Origin: Thaumarchaeota archaeon UBA223
Lineage (GTDB): Archaea; Thermoproteota; Nitrososphaeria; Nitrososphaerales; UBA57
Direction of reading: 5' to 3'
DNA: 64,000 nt
Assembly (NCBI GenBank): GCA_002495905.1
Contig: DAHJ01000025.1
Coordinates: forward strand, 21,995-85,994
Position 1 is the stretch's first letter; each line of letters opens with the position of its first letter. The notes under the pieces were generated by a model. That model made no database searches, was not told the DNA's origin, and saw only the letters and a list, made by a program, of their open reading frames with translations. Made by a program: the position numbers and the translations under genes. Below, piece by piece: positions 36,636-46,925 of this stretch.

Positions 36636-36761
36636 TTATTTTTCCAATTCTTTATAAGCCTTGTCTTTTGCAGAAATAATTTCTTTTTTTAGTTCATCAA
36701 TATCAGATTCGTATTTCTTTTTAATTTTCTCACTTAATTTTTTATAATCTTTATTATCCAT
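36636..36761 (-). CDS. 41-aa Lys/Glu-rich helical micro-ORF between atpD and atpK
   Basis: My translation is MDNKDYKKLSEKIKKKYESDIDELKKEIISAKDKAYKELEK. A GAGGTGA Shine-Dalgarno-like motif that includes the atpD stop codon lies 5 nt upstream of its ATG. Confidence 0.4.
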   Translation of the reverse strand: MDNKDYKKLSEKIKKKYESDIDELKKEIISAKDKAYKELEK

Positions 36762-36766
36762 TAATT

Positions 36767-37399
36767 TCACCTCTTTCGTTCAAGTATTTTTTTAACCATT
36801 TTTAATCTTGAAAAGTCTTCTCTTTCACGTTCTTCGAGAATAGAAGAAATATATTTAATAGATTCTTCGTAGCCGGGCATTATTACATAATCTAACGCAT
36901 TCAATAATCGTTGAGTTTTTTCAAGAGATCGTGCCAATTCAAGTATTGAATTTTCATATTCTGCAGCTCGTAAGATTCGAGGTAAGGCAAGTCTCATCAT
37001 TTGTGTTGCGTCGTCCAATTTAGAATCTGAATCAGCAAATCCATAATTTAAACCAATTTCTTTTTCACTTATAGAAATTGTAGGAATTCGTACGTCAACA
37101 ACGACTTTAACGTTTACATCAACATCAATATGTGAGGGAGATGTAAGTGCAATTGATTCAAGTTTTGATGAGCCCAAAGACATGTAAGCATTAAATAAAG
37201 ATCTATAGGCATTAGATAAAGGCTCGGACATTTCACTTCTGGCTTTACCTGCTTCGTCAATCATTTCATCAATGTTCTTAAGAAGTACATCTCGTTTATC
37301 TTCAAGAATCTTATAAACAGATTTAGCAACAACGAGACTTCTCTTAACTTTAATTAGTTCGATTTTTGTTGGTGGTGGACGTTTATTAGAACTCGACAT
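36767..37399 (-). CDS. atpD: A-type ATP synthase subunit D (central stalk)
   Basis: 210 aa. The N-terminus PTKIELIKVKRSLVVAKSVYKILEDKRDVL is typical of V/A-type D subunits. Confidence 0.9.
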   Translation of the reverse strand: MSSSNKRPPPTKIELIKVKRSLVVAKSVYKILEDKRDVLLKNIDEMIDEAGKARSEMSEPLSNAYRSLFNAYMSLGSSKLESIALTSPSHIDVDVNVKVVVDVRIPTISISEKEIGLNYGFADSDSKLDDATQMMRLALPRILRAAEYENSILELARSLEKTQRLLNALDYVIMPGYEESIKYISSILEEREREDFSRLKMVKKILERKR

Positions 37400-37401
37400 T
37401 C

Positions 37402-38796
37402 TTACTTTACCTTCAAATATGAATCAATTTCATCTTGTTTGACTTTAGTTAATTCATCAACAGGTAATGTGCTAAACAAATCCCATGCAATTCCTAAAGT
37501 ATCCTCAAGAGTTCGATTTTCGTCAAATCCTTGTTTAAGGAATTTATTTTCAAACAAGTCTCCAAATTCAAGATATTTAATATCATTTGGTGCAAGACCA
37601 GCTTTTCCTACAATTTCAGCAAGAGCTCTAAGTTCCAATGCACGAGAATATGCACTATATAATTGGCTACTGACATTTTGATGATCATTACGTGTTTTGC
37701 CTTCTCCGACACCTTCTTTCATAAGACGGCTCAAACAAGAAAGAATACTTACAGGAGGATAGATTTCCTTTCGATGTAAATCACGTCCTAAAACTATTTG
37801 GCCTTCCGTAATATAACCAGTAAGATCAGGAATAGGATGAGTAATATCATCTGAAGGCATAGAAAGAATTGGAATTTGTGTAAGACTTCCATTTGTTCCT
37901 TTAATTTTACCTGCACGTTCATAAATTGTTGCAAGGTCAGTATATAGATATCCAGGATAGCCTTTTCTTCCAGGAACTTCTTCTCTAGCTGCACTAATTT
38001 CTCTTAATGCTTCAGCATAATTTGTCATATCACTAATTATTACAAGAACATGTGTATTCTTTTCAAATGCTAGATATTCAGCAGCGGTAAGTGCTACACG
38101 AGGAGTGATAATTCTTTCAATGGCAGGATCATCTGCAAGATTAACGTAAAGAATACTTCTTTTCAATGCGCCGCTTTCTTCTAAGGATTTTCTAAAGAAT
38201 GCAGCTTCACTATTTTGTACACCAATTGCTGCAAAAACTACAGCAAATTCTTCGCCCTTTCCTGGAACAGTAGCTTGACGAGCTATTTGAGCAGCTAAGA
38301 GATTATGTGGAAGTCCTGCACCTGAAAATATAGGTAATTTTTGACCTCGAACAAGAGTATTAAGACCGTCAATAGATGAAACACCTGTTTGAATAAAGTC
38401 TTCAGGAAAGTCACGACGTTCAGGATTGATAGATTCTCCGTTAATATCAATGAACTTTTCGCCAACAGGATCGGGAAGGCCGTCAATAGGTCTACCAAGA
38501 CCATCAAAGACTCTGCCCAATAATTGATCAGAAACAGGAATTTCCATAGTTTTTCCTAAAAAGCGAGTTTTTGTTTCGGAAACAGATAAACCGGTTGTTC
38601 CTTCAAAGACTTGTACAACAGCATTTCCTCCTCCAATTTCAAGAACACGACCTAAACGTTTTGTGCCAGCAGGAGTTGTAATTTCTACTAATTCATCAAA
38701 AGCAGAACTTGTTACGCCATTAATAATTAACAAGGGTCCTTTAATCTCAGAAATATTAGTATATTCTAAACCTGAAGATCTATTTTGTGTCGACAA
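37402..38796 (-). CDS. atpB: A-type ATP synthase subunit B
   Basis: 464 aa. Non-catalytic subunit pattern: [40 protein letters not shown]. Confidence 0.95.
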   Translation of the reverse strand: MSTQNRSSGLEYTNISEIKGPLLIINGVTSSAFDELVEITTPAGTKRLGRVLEIGGGNAVVQVFEGTTGLSVSETKTRFLGKTMEIPVSDQLLGRVFDGLGRPIDGLPDPVGEKFIDINGESINPERRDFPEDFIQTGVSSIDGLNTLVRGQKLPIFSGAGLPHNLLAAQIARQATVPGKGEEFAVVFAAIGVQNSEAAFFRKSLEESGALKRSILYVNLADDPAIERIITPRVALTAAEYLAFEKNTHVLVIISDMTNYAEALREISAAREEVPGRKGYPGYLYTDLATIYERAGKIKGTNGSLTQIPILSMPSDDITHPIPDLTGYITEGQIVLGRDLHRKEIYPPVSILSCLSRLMKEGVGEGKTRNDHQNVSSQLYSAYSRALELRALAEIVGKAGLAPNDIKYLEFGDLFENKFLKQGFDENRTLEDTLGIAWDLFSTLPVDELTKVKQDEIDSYLKVK

Positions 38797-40570
38797 CAGC
38801 AGCTACCTCCTTATTTGCTAATTCATTGAATGATGAAAGCATAGACTTTGATAATTCATCCATTTTACCTAAATCATCATCAGGAATTTCATACTTAGAA
38901 CGAATAATTGATGACACTACAGGAAGACCACGAATTGTATCAAGATTTACTCCGTTCTTTAAAGCTTTTTGAGATTCTTTATAGAAGTCAGTATATAATT
39001 TCATCATTTTGACTTGTTTTTCTGGACTACAATATCGGTCTACTTTATCGAAAGCCATTTGTTGTAAGAATCCTTCTTTAATCATACGTGCGACGTCGAG
39101 AATTAATTTTTCCTCGTCAGGTAGAGCTTCAGGGCCTAATAGACGAACAATTTCTTTTAGTACATCTTCGCGTTGTAAGATTGTATATGTTTCTAATCTT
39201 AATTTAGGACGATCTGCATCAACATTATCTACCCACCATTTGTCTATAGATTCAGAATATCCAGAATAACTAGTCATCCAATTTATAGAAGGATAGTGTC
39301 TGGAATAAGCAAGTTTTGTATCAAGAGCCCAAAAGGTTTTGATACATCTCATAGTATGAGTAGAAACAGGTTCTGTAAAGTCTCCACCTGGTGGAGAAAC
39401 AGCGCCAATAACAGTAACAGATCCATCACGATCAGGTGAACCAAGACATTTTACACGTCCAGCTCGTTCGTAAAATTCCGCTAATCTTGATGCAAGATAA
39501 GAAGGATAACCTTCTTCAGCAGGCATTTCTTCTAGTCTTCCACTGAGTTCACGAAGAGCTTCTGCCCATCTGCTAGTGGAGTCTGCAACTAATACAGTAT
39601 CATAACCCATGTCACGATAATATTCTGCCATAGTAATACCAGTGTATATACTTGCTTCTCGAGCAGCTACAGGCATATTACTTGTATTAGCAACTAAAAC
39701 AGTTCTTTCCATTAAGGATTTTCCAGATCGTGGATCTTTTAATTCAGGAAACTTAATCAAAACTTCAGTCATTTCATTTCCTCGTTCACCACAACCAATA
39801 TGGAAAACGACACTTGCATCAGACCAAGAGGCGACTTGATGTAATGTAACAGTTTTTCCTGTTCCAAAACCTCCAGGTATTGCACCAGTTCCTCCTTTAG
39901 TAATTGGAAAGAATGTATCAAGTACGCGTTGTCCAGTTACAAGAGGTAACTCTGGATCATATCGTTGTGTAAATGGTCTGGCTTGTCGAACAGGCCAATC
40001 ATGATGCATTGTAAATTCAGATTTATTTCCTTTACCTTCTGCAATTGCAATAATGTGATCTTTATCATAACTTCCTTCTTTAACAACTTCAGTAATTTTT
40101 CCTGTAGGTGCAGTAGGAGGTGCAAGAATCTTATGATCTATTAAGTCAGTTTCTTTAACAGTGCCAAGTATACTACCTGCATGAACTGTATCACCTACTT
40201 TAACTTCTGGAATAAAATTCCATTTCTTTTTTGGAATTGGAGCAACATGAATACCTCGAGTAATAAATGAACCTGCTTTTGCAGCGATTTTATCCAAAGG
40301 TCTCTGAAGACCGTCATAAATAGTTCCCATCATTCCAGGACCTAGAGTTACAGATAATGGCGTTCCAGTACCAACAACAGGTTCGCCAGGTGTTAGACCA
40401 CTAGTAGATTCGTAAACTTGTATAAAGGCTGTATCTCCAGTAAGTCTAATAATTTCTCCAACAATTTTATCTTTGCCGACTTCCACTGTTTCGTACATTT
40501 GCGCACTCGACATTCCATCAGCTTTGACTGCAGGACCACTAATCCAAATAATTTTACCCTTAGCTTGCAT
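38780..40570 (-). CDS. atpA: A-type ATP synthase catalytic subunit A
   Basis: 596 aa. Walker A GGFGTGKT, non-homologous insert region, [16 protein letters not shown]. No intein. Confidence 0.96.
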   Translation of the reverse strand: MQAKGKIIWISGPAVKADGMSSAQMYETVEVGKDKIVGEIIRLTGDTAFIQVYESTSGLTPGEPVVGTGTPLSVTLGPGMMGTIYDGLQRPLDKIAAKAGSFITRGIHVAPIPKKKWNFIPEVKVGDTVHAGSILGTVKETDLIDHKILAPPTAPTGKITEVVKEGSYDKDHIIAIAEGKGNKSEFTMHHDWPVRQARPFTQRYDPELPLVTGQRVLDTFFPITKGGTGAIPGGFGTGKTVTLHQVASWSDASVVFHIGCGERGNEMTEVLIKFPELKDPRSGKSLMERTVLVANTSNMPVAAREASIYTGITMAEYYRDMGYDTVLVADSTSRWAEALRELSGRLEEMPAEEGYPSYLASRLAEFYERAGRVKCLGSPDRDGSVTVIGAVSPPGGDFTEPVSTHTMRCIKTFWALDTKLAYSRHYPSINWMTSYSGYSESIDKWWVDNVDADRPKLRLETYTILQREDVLKEIVRLLGPEALPDEEKLILDVARMIKEGFLQQMAFDKVDRYCSPEKQVKMMKLYTDFYKESQKALKNGVNLDTIRGLPVVSSIIRSKYEIPDDDLGKMDELSKSMLSSFNELANKEVAAVVDTK

Positions 40571-40702
40571 CTATACCAACTATGTTTTTTCATGATTTAG
40601 AGTTTAAAAACAATTCGATTTTTAGAGATATCGCATAAATAATATTAAAATTTTGAAAATTATCTTTAGAAATTCTTAAATGGATTATATAATTTATCTA
40701 AT

Positions 40703-41221
40703 ATGATGGATTCAAAAATTTTTGCAGTAATTATCGTTGCAATTATTGGAATTGGGGCAGTTTTGTTTATGTTGCCGGAAGATAATAATGAATTAACAGT
40801 AATTGAACCTGAGCCAGTTATAGAAGAAGTTGTAGTTGAGCCTGAACCAGAACCCATAGTCGAACCAGAACCTGAACCGGAACCTGAAAGTAAAGCAATT
40901 GTTGATGAGAATGGAGTATTATCTGGAGAAGTTGAAGTAAAAATTGAAAATCTTCAATTTGGTCCATCTGAAATAACTATAAAGAAAGGAACAACAGTAA
41001 CTTGGAGACAAATAGATATGTCAATTGGAGGAAGTGGAGGAGGAGTAGATTGGCATAACATAGTCGAGGGACCTCCAGGGAAAAGAGGAGATCATGTATT
41101 CAAATCTAAGGAACTAACTTTCAATGGTGGTTTTTCGTTTACATTTAATGAAATTGGTGAATTTGAATATTATTGTGATCCACATCCATTTATGATTGGA
41201 AAAATCACAGTGGTTGAATAG
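40703..41221 (+). CDS. membrane-tethered type-1 copper protein (amicyanin-like cupredoxin)
   Basis: 172 aa. N-terminal TM helix, (E-P)n linker, then a cupredoxin domain with WHN...YYCDPHPFMIGKITVVE, giving His/Cys-x2-His-x2-Met ligand spacing. Confidence 0.85.
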   Translation: MMDSKIFAVIIVAIIGIGAVLFMLPEDNNELTVIEPEPVIEEVVVEPEPEPIVEPEPEPEPESKAIVDENGVLSGEVEVKIENLQFGPSEITIKKGTTVTWRQIDMSIGGSGGGVDWHNIVEGPPGKRGDHVFKSKELTFNGGFSFTFNEIGEFEYYCDPHPFMIGKITVVE

Positions 41222-41280
41222 TAACAAATTTTTTTGTTGTAACCAAATATTTATTAAATAACAAAAAGAAGAGTATCAAA

Positions 41281-41889
41281 ATGTCAAAGCCATTACTTGA
41301 TAGAAGATCTTTAACTGCATCAATATTATTTGCGTCGCTTGGAGTAGTATTACATCCACCATTCTTTCCACTAGTATTTCCTGCCCCATATGCTCCATTT
41401 TTAATTTATTCAATATGGGAAATTCCATTATACATTTGTTTATTATTATTCGGTCCTTTAACGGCAATGATAGCAGGAGTAATTAATTTTATTTCATTAC
41501 TTGTATTTTTCCCAGGTCAGTTATTCACAGGTCCATTATATAATTTAATAGCAATATACGGTTCCTATTTAGGAATTATATTAATTAAAAAGAGAAAGAA
41601 ATTTGTTTTAGACACAAGTAAAGCAACTAAAGATATTTTTTCAATAAACATGTTATTGATCATTTTATCTCCAATGATATTTAGAACAGTAATAATGACA
41701 GTAGTGAATTTTATTGTATTGCCTCAACCACCTCCAATTGGTTTTTCAATTCCAATGGAAGGAATACCAAGTGTTTTAGGGTTAATAGCAATATTTAATT
41801 CAACGACTATACTATATTCAATACCTTTAGCTTACCTAGTAGCTAGATCAGTAAAATCAGCTATAGACCGAACTTGGATATTTGAATAA
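41281..41889 (+). CDS. polytopic membrane protein (5-6 TM), possibly ECF-type S-component-like
   Basis: 202 aa hydrophobic ORF. The family call is a weak impression only. Confidence 0.35.
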   Translation: MSKPLLDRRSLTASILFASLGVVLHPPFFPLVFPAPYAPFLIYSIWEIPLYICLLLFGPLTAMIAGVINFISLLVFFPGQLFTGPLYNLIAIYGSYLGIILIKKRKKFVLDTSKATKDIFSINMLLIILSPMIFRTVIMTVVNFIVLPQPPPIGFSIPMEGIPSVLGLIAIFNSTTILYSIPLAYLVARSVKSAIDRTWIFE

Positions 41890-41890
41890 A

Positions 41891-42493
41891 TTATTTGAAC
41901 TTATTTGCAACGTCAGTTCGTAATTCGGCTTTCATTCGTTCTAATCTATCTTCAATAGTATTGTTAACAACAACAGTAGAATCAGCATTACTGACAATAA
42001 TACCTCCTGCAGTTGTAATATAATTATCAGATAATGAAATAGATTTCTTTGACTTGGAAGAAATTTTGTCTATTATGTCTTTTACAATTGAAGAATCTTT
42101 CTTGTTACAAGAAATTAAGACATCTGAATCGTCGATAGTATCCAATCCCTCGTTAATGAAGAGTTCTAGGGACTTTGGATAATTTTTTCCTTTATTAGAA
42201 TTAAGTTCTTTCAAAGCAGCAGTAAATACTTTATTAATATTTTTTTCAAGAAGGACTAGGCTAGAATTTCGACTTTCCATTTCTGCAGTACCAATAATTT
42301 GTCTAGATTTAATATCAAATTCCTTGGATTGTTGGGATTCAATTTCCTGTTCTTGATTTTTTGACTGTGTTTCTGATTCAGATATAATCTTGTTGGCTTC
42401 TTCTAATCCATCTTTAAGAATGGATTCGACAATTTTTTCAAAGTCTTTAGAAACATCATCTAAAACATTTTCATTTGATATTTTTTTACTCAT
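41891..42493 (-). CDS. atpE: A-type ATP synthase subunit E (peripheral stalk)
   Basis: 200 aa. A long charged N-terminal helix and a C-terminal globular part: GGIIVSNADSTVVVNNTIEDRLERMK. Confidence 0.85.
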   Translation of the reverse strand: MSKKISNENVLDDVSKDFEKIVESILKDGLEEANKIISESETQSKNQEQEIESQQSKEFDIKSRQIIGTAEMESRNSSLVLLEKNINKVFTAALKELNSNKGKNYPKSLELFINEGLDTIDDSDVLISCNKKDSSIVKDIIDKISSKSKKSISLSDNYITTAGGIIVSNADSTVVVNNTIEDRLERMKAELRTDVANKFK

Positions 42494-42617
42494 TTTTTTG
42501 ACCTGTGATAATTTATCATAAAATATTTACCTATTTAAATTGTTAAGATTAGATGAATTTTCATGTGAAAATCATAATAACAATAATAAGTAACAAATAC
42601 AAACTATAATAGAAGCC

Positions 42618-43802
42618 TTGATATCAGAAACAGAAATTAGAAATTCTTTAACAAATGTCATGGATCCTGAGATCCATATGAATATAGTAGAATTGAAGAT
42701 GCTAAGAGAGATAAAAATTGATGGGAATAATATCGATGTATTAATAGCACTAACAGTTGCAGGGTGTCCATTAGCAGATACAATAAAAAAGGATGTAAAA
42801 GAGGAATTAATGAAATTAGAACAAGTAAAAGAAGTTAGTGTAGAAACCACAGTTATGACCAAAGAACAATTAGATGAATTAAAGGAAATTGTTCAAAAGA
42901 ATCGAGGTGAGCAACAATCCCAGGATGAATTAATCTCAAGATTAGACAAGAAGAAAAATGAGAATTTAATAGCAGTCGTATCAGGAAAAGGTGGAGTCGG
43001 AAAATCTTCTATGACTGCAATATTAGCTTCTGAGCTCAAAAGATCAGGTTATAACGTAGGAATACTTGATGCAGATGTTACAGGTCCAAGTATTGCAAAG
43101 ATTTTCGGTGTTACAAAAAGATTAATGAAAGGAAAGAACGGAATAATTCCAGCAGAAACACCTTCTGGACTTAAATTAATATCAGTGAATTTGATGTTAG
43201 ATAACCCAGAAGTACCAACAGTATGGAGAGGTCCGATCGTTAATAATTTAATCAGACAATTATACACAGATGTAGATTGGGGAGATATAGATTATTTATT
43301 AATTGATTTACCGCCAGGGACTGGTGATGCACCTCTAACAGTGTTCCAATCATTACCACTTTCAGGCATAGTTTTAGTCAGTACGCCTCAAGATTTATCG
43401 AAAATGATAGTAAGTAAATCAGCAAACATGGCAGGAATGTTAAAAATTCCATTACTTGGTTTGGTTGAAAATATGTCTTATTTAGAATGTAAACATTGTG
43501 GAGATAAAAATTACATCCTTGGAGAATCAAGAGGCGAAGCATTTGCTGAACATCTAGGTACAAAACTATTAGCAAGACTACCATTTGAAAAAGATATTGC
43601 AGAACTTTGCGATCAAGGAAAGATAGAAGCTTATCAAAATAATGATATAACAAATACGATAGAAATAATAAAGCAAACTATTGAAGAGCAGAAAGAAAAG
43701 TCTTCAATTGCAACAATTGTAGAGAGTGCAGGAGGTAATTTATCGCCTGCATGGAATAAAAATGAAGAACAAAAAAAGAAATTTAAACTAACGCCAGTAT
43801 AA
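42618..43802 (+). CDS. Mrp/ApbC/NBP35-family Fe-S cluster carrier ATPase with N-terminal DUF59 domain
   Basis: 394 aa. DUF59 region (VMDPEIHMNIVEL). Deviant Walker A SGKGGVGKS. CKHCG cluster-binding motif. Confidence 0.88.
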   Translation: MISETEIRNSLTNVMDPEIHMNIVELKMLREIKIDGNNIDVLIALTVAGCPLADTIKKDVKEELMKLEQVKEVSVETTVMTKEQLDELKEIVQKNRGEQQSQDELISRLDKKKNENLIAVVSGKGGVGKSSMTAILASELKRSGYNVGILDADVTGPSIAKIFGVTKRLMKGKNGIIPAETPSGLKLISVNLMLDNPEVPTVWRGPIVNNLIRQLYTDVDWGDIDYLLIDLPPGTGDAPLTVFQSLPLSGIVLVSTPQDLSKMIVSKSANMAGMLKIPLLGLVENMSYLECKHCGDKNYILGESRGEAFAEHLGTKLLARLPFEKDIAELCDQGKIEAYQNNDITNTIEIIKQTIEEQKEKSSIATIVESAGGNLSPAWNKNEEQKKKFKLTPV

Positions 43803-43835
43803 TTTTATGTTTGCATATTAAACGAGATTTAGGTT

Positions 43836-44117
43836 CTATGCCCAATAATCCTTAGATATAGTTTCTATTACTTCTTGACTTTCCAGTTCAACACCGGCGT
43901 CAGCTCTCTTTTTTGTGATATCTTCACGTTTTGTTAGTATTTCAAATTTTGACGGGTCTTTAACTTCCGTAACATCGTATACTTTAGTTTCATCAGAATT
44001 AGTACCGGCCCAAAGTATCTTAATTCCCAACTCATTTAAATCAGGTTCAATCTCTTTGTACATTTTTAACCAAGAATCAAAGCCTTTAGTAATTTTAAAA
44101 GTTGATAAGAATTTCAT
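43836..44117 (-). CDS. small soluble protein, DUF3764-like (weak call)
   Basis: 93-aa ORF immediately downstream of atpF on the same strand. The pattern F..W...Y......L...GIK.LWAG resembles a small family seen in marine picoplankton. From memory only. Confidence 0.4.
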   Translation of the reverse strand: MKFLSTFKITKGFDSWLKMYKEIEPDLNELGIKILWAGTNSDETKVYDVTEVKDPSKFEILTKREDITKKRADAGVELESQEVIETISKDYWA

Positions 44118-44130
44118 CGAGATTCACCTA

Positions 44131-44427
44131 TTACATTTTTAGAACTTTTTTAATTAGTTCTCGATAATCAACTTCCTCAGTTTTTGCTCCAGGAGTTGGT
44201 ATTTGATAAATAAGAGGAATAGGATATTGAGATCTGATATCAGTAATTTCATCATAAATAGGTTCTGCCATATCATTACTAATCAAAATTAATCCAATTT
44301 CTTTGTCAGTAACTAGTGATTGGATTTGTTTAAGAGCGTCAGAAGAATTAGAAACTTCTACGCCATTAACACCAGACAACATAAAGCCTGATACAAATGC
44401 ACGAGTTCCTAATGCAAGTATTTTCAT
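44131..44427 (-). CDS. atpF: A-type ATP synthase subunit F
   Basis: 98 aa. The pattern ILALGTRAFVSGFMLSGV...IGLILISNDMA is typical of V/A-type F subunits. Confidence 0.85.
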   Translation of the reverse strand: MKILALGTRAFVSGFMLSGVNGVEVSNSSDALKQIQSLVTDKEIGLILISNDMAEPIYDEITDIRSQYPIPLIYQIPTPGAKTEEVDYRELIKKVLKM

Positions 44428-44478
44428 TGAAAATTATAGAATCTATACGATAATAAATTTAACTGAATAAGAAATATT

Positions 44479-44512
44479 AAAAAAAAAGAGTTGTTGTCCC
44501 CGAAGGGACAAC
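44479..44512 (-). terminator. GC-rich hairpin (GTTGTCCC-UUCG-GGGACAAC) followed by T9 on the coding strand, right after the PQQ-A stop
   Basis: Perfect 8-bp stem at 44493-44512. The A-run at 44479-44487 is a T-run on the minus strand. The same 20-nt hairpin recurs at 59194-59213. Confidence 0.7.
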
Positions 44513-44520
44513 TAAGATTA

Positions 44521-46782
44521 TTATGCTGTAGCTTGGCGAGATCTAGTGAAGAGTACACCAGAAACGACGACTAGAATTACACCTAATCCAATTGCAATAT
44601 ATGAAATTGGACTAATTGTTTCTACTTCGACTTCTTCAGTGACTATTACTTCACGGACTTCTACCTCACGGCTGATACTTTCTGGTAATTCATCAGGTAA
44701 ACCAAAGGCCATTATAGCTCCAGGAACAGAGCCTCTTAATGGTGGGTTTTGGCTAGTTAGACCACGTCCTCCAAATGATTGTAGGAGTAGAGTCTTACCA
44801 TTAGAATCTTGTCCAATACTTGGTTGAGTATCTAATGCTGAACCAAGATTGAATGTATGTAGAAGTTCACCGTTGTCGGTTGCAACTGCACGAAGCTTAC
44901 CATCGAAACCATTCCAGTAGACTACGCCACCAGATGAAATCATTCCACCTCGGTGTGCAACTGTATCTACAAAGAATTCCCATTCAACTGCACCAGTTCT
45001 TGCATTGATTGCAGTAACTGAGTGGTTTAATTGAGGTGGGAATGGTGCTTCAGAGTTTTTGTTGTTAATGAATCCACCATAGAAACTACCAAATCTTGAT
45101 TCTTGTGGAAGAATCTCTAAGAAGAGAGGTTCATTCTTACAAGATACATAGACATTGTTTCCATCGAATGCCATATCATTTTCAGCACAGCCTGATCCAT
45201 TTGGACTTTGCCAGATGTATTCAGTTGATGGATAATGTTGCCATGGTTTGTTCATGTCAGCTTCAACTCGTGGATCTAAGAAGAACCAGTCGTTGTTTTC
45301 GTCAAGACCGTCAATACCAAGTGCTTCAGAGTGCAATACACCTCGTCCTCGTTCACCATTAGTTGGTCCAGCACGATTATCACATTCTGCATTACAGTAG
45401 TATTTTGTGAATCTTACACCAGGAACTTCAGTGATCCATAATACTTCACCAGTATTTGCATCAAATGCATGAACGTGTCCTTGTTTACATTGTTTCATAA
45501 CAACTCTGCGTCCATCGATTTCTGCAAGTTGTGTATTCCAGGCACAGTCCATGTCCCAAAGGTCTTTAGTAGTACTTTGGAAGTACCATGCTAAGTCACC
45601 TGTCTTACTATCAAGTCCAACAATAGCTGAACCGAATAGACGTGGACCACGGGTATATGTGTGGTTAAAGTCAGGACCTGGTTGTGCAGTTCCGAAGAAG
45701 AGTTTTCCATTTTCTTCGTCAACTACAATCTGTCCCCAGATATTACTTACACCTGCATTGAATGGCATACCAGTCTTTTCATTATAAGTACCTGGATTAC
45801 CAGCCCAATCCCATCTTAGGATATCTTCTGGGACATCACAAGCTTGGATACCTTCGATATAACCAACATCACAAGTGTCAACTAACCATTGACCCCATGC
45901 GGCATATTCGTCAGGGAATAATTCACCGTTAGGTGGTTGATAAAAGAATCTCCAATTAAGGTGCTCATCGGTTGTTGCGTCAATGTTACAAGGGAAACTT
46001 GTACAGGCGCCTAAGTCATATGCAGCTACATATGCACGGCCACCATAGCTTCCTTCCATGTGTCCGCCGACTGCTACAATAATTTGGTTATTGGAACGAT
46101 CAACAACAGGAGCATGTGATCCTTGTGCGTTATACAAACCAGAGTTTGTTTCAACATTTCTACAATGTTGGAATAGAGTGAATACTTCGTCGCCGTTTTC
46201 AGCATCTACTGCTTTGATTGTACAACCAAAGGAGTTTAGCCAAAGTAAACCTTTACCATTCAATTCCCAATAGTTCATTGAATGAGTATGGGCGGCTAGA
46301 GAGTATACAGGTAAACCTGGAGGATTAAGTCCACGATTGTCTGCGACAGATGGACCAATTATATCAGGGTCATCACCGTCTGCAGTTCTTTCACTATACC
46401 AATTCATTGATCCATCAACCGAATCGATTGAGAAGATTGTCTGATAGTTGGTTGTGTAGTAGACATTACCGTCGACAACTAATGGAGGTGCGATACCACC
46501 AGTACCACAAAAGGTCATTGATGAACAACCTATTGAATCTGCATCAGGGATTGGAAATACCCATTGCAATTGAGCAAGGTGTACATTCTCTGATGTTAAT
46601 TGTGTTTGTGGGTTAAAGTTGTGTCCCCAGGAATTTGCATTAATGAATTCCCAGTTTCTCTCTGCTCTTGTAGAACCAAGTGCAGGAGTAACGTTTTGTG
46701 CACTAACCATTGGGGTTAGGAACAAAGATGCTGCAATTAATAGTGCAGCAACTAGGATACTTACGTATACACGTCGAGTCAT
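44521..46782 (-). CDS. PQQ-type quinoprotein dehydrogenase homologue, paralogue A (signal peptide, beta-propeller, acidic linker, C-terminal TM anchor)
   Basis: 753 aa. NWEFINANSWGHNFNPQTQLTSENVHLAQLQWVFP matches the quinoprotein N-terminal signature. Repeated W-containing blades. KDLWDMDCAWN. Tail ISPISYIAIGLGVILVVVSGVLFTRSRQATA. Confidence 0.8.
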   Translation of the reverse strand: MTRRVYVSILVAALLIAASLFLTPMVSAQNVTPALGSTRAERNWEFINANSWGHNFNPQTQLTSENVHLAQLQWVFPIPDADSIGCSSMTFCGTGGIAPPLVVDGNVYYTTNYQTIFSIDSVDGSMNWYSERTADGDDPDIIGPSVADNRGLNPPGLPVYSLAAHTHSMNYWELNGKGLLWLNSFGCTIKAVDAENGDEVFTLFQHCRNVETNSGLYNAQGSHAPVVDRSNNQIIVAVGGHMEGSYGGRAYVAAYDLGACTSFPCNIDATTDEHLNWRFFYQPPNGELFPDEYAAWGQWLVDTCDVGYIEGIQACDVPEDILRWDWAGNPGTYNEKTGMPFNAGVSNIWGQIVVDEENGKLFFGTAQPGPDFNHTYTRGPRLFGSAIVGLDSKTGDLAWYFQSTTKDLWDMDCAWNTQLAEIDGRRVVMKQCKQGHVHAFDANTGEVLWITEVPGVRFTKYYCNAECDNRAGPTNGERGRGVLHSEALGIDGLDENNDWFFLDPRVEADMNKPWQHYPSTEYIWQSPNGSGCAENDMAFDGNNVYVSCKNEPLFLEILPQESRFGSFYGGFINNKNSEAPFPPQLNHSVTAINARTGAVEWEFFVDTVAHRGGMISSGGVVYWNGFDGKLRAVATDNGELLHTFNLGSALDTQPSIGQDSNGKTLLLQSFGGRGLTSQNPPLRGSVPGAIMAFGLPDELPESISREVEVREVIVTEEVEVETISPISYIAIGLGVILVVVSGVLFTRSRQATA

Positions 46783-46925
46783 GCCCCGGTTTAGTGTAAA
46801 AAGTACATATAAATCCCTCGAATATTTTTACAAATTTTGAACTTATTGGTAAAAAATTCACGTTAGATTCAATAAATTAATTATAAATAATAATTTTATT
46901 AAAATAATTAATAATTTTTGAGAAA

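Noticed and set aside
40666-40857. 63-aa ORF with a GSGSGSTTTSSITGSGS low-complexity run
   Set aside because: It is the antisense reading of the (GAR-CCN)n E-P linker of the cupredoxin gene. It is a mirror artefact of a repeat.
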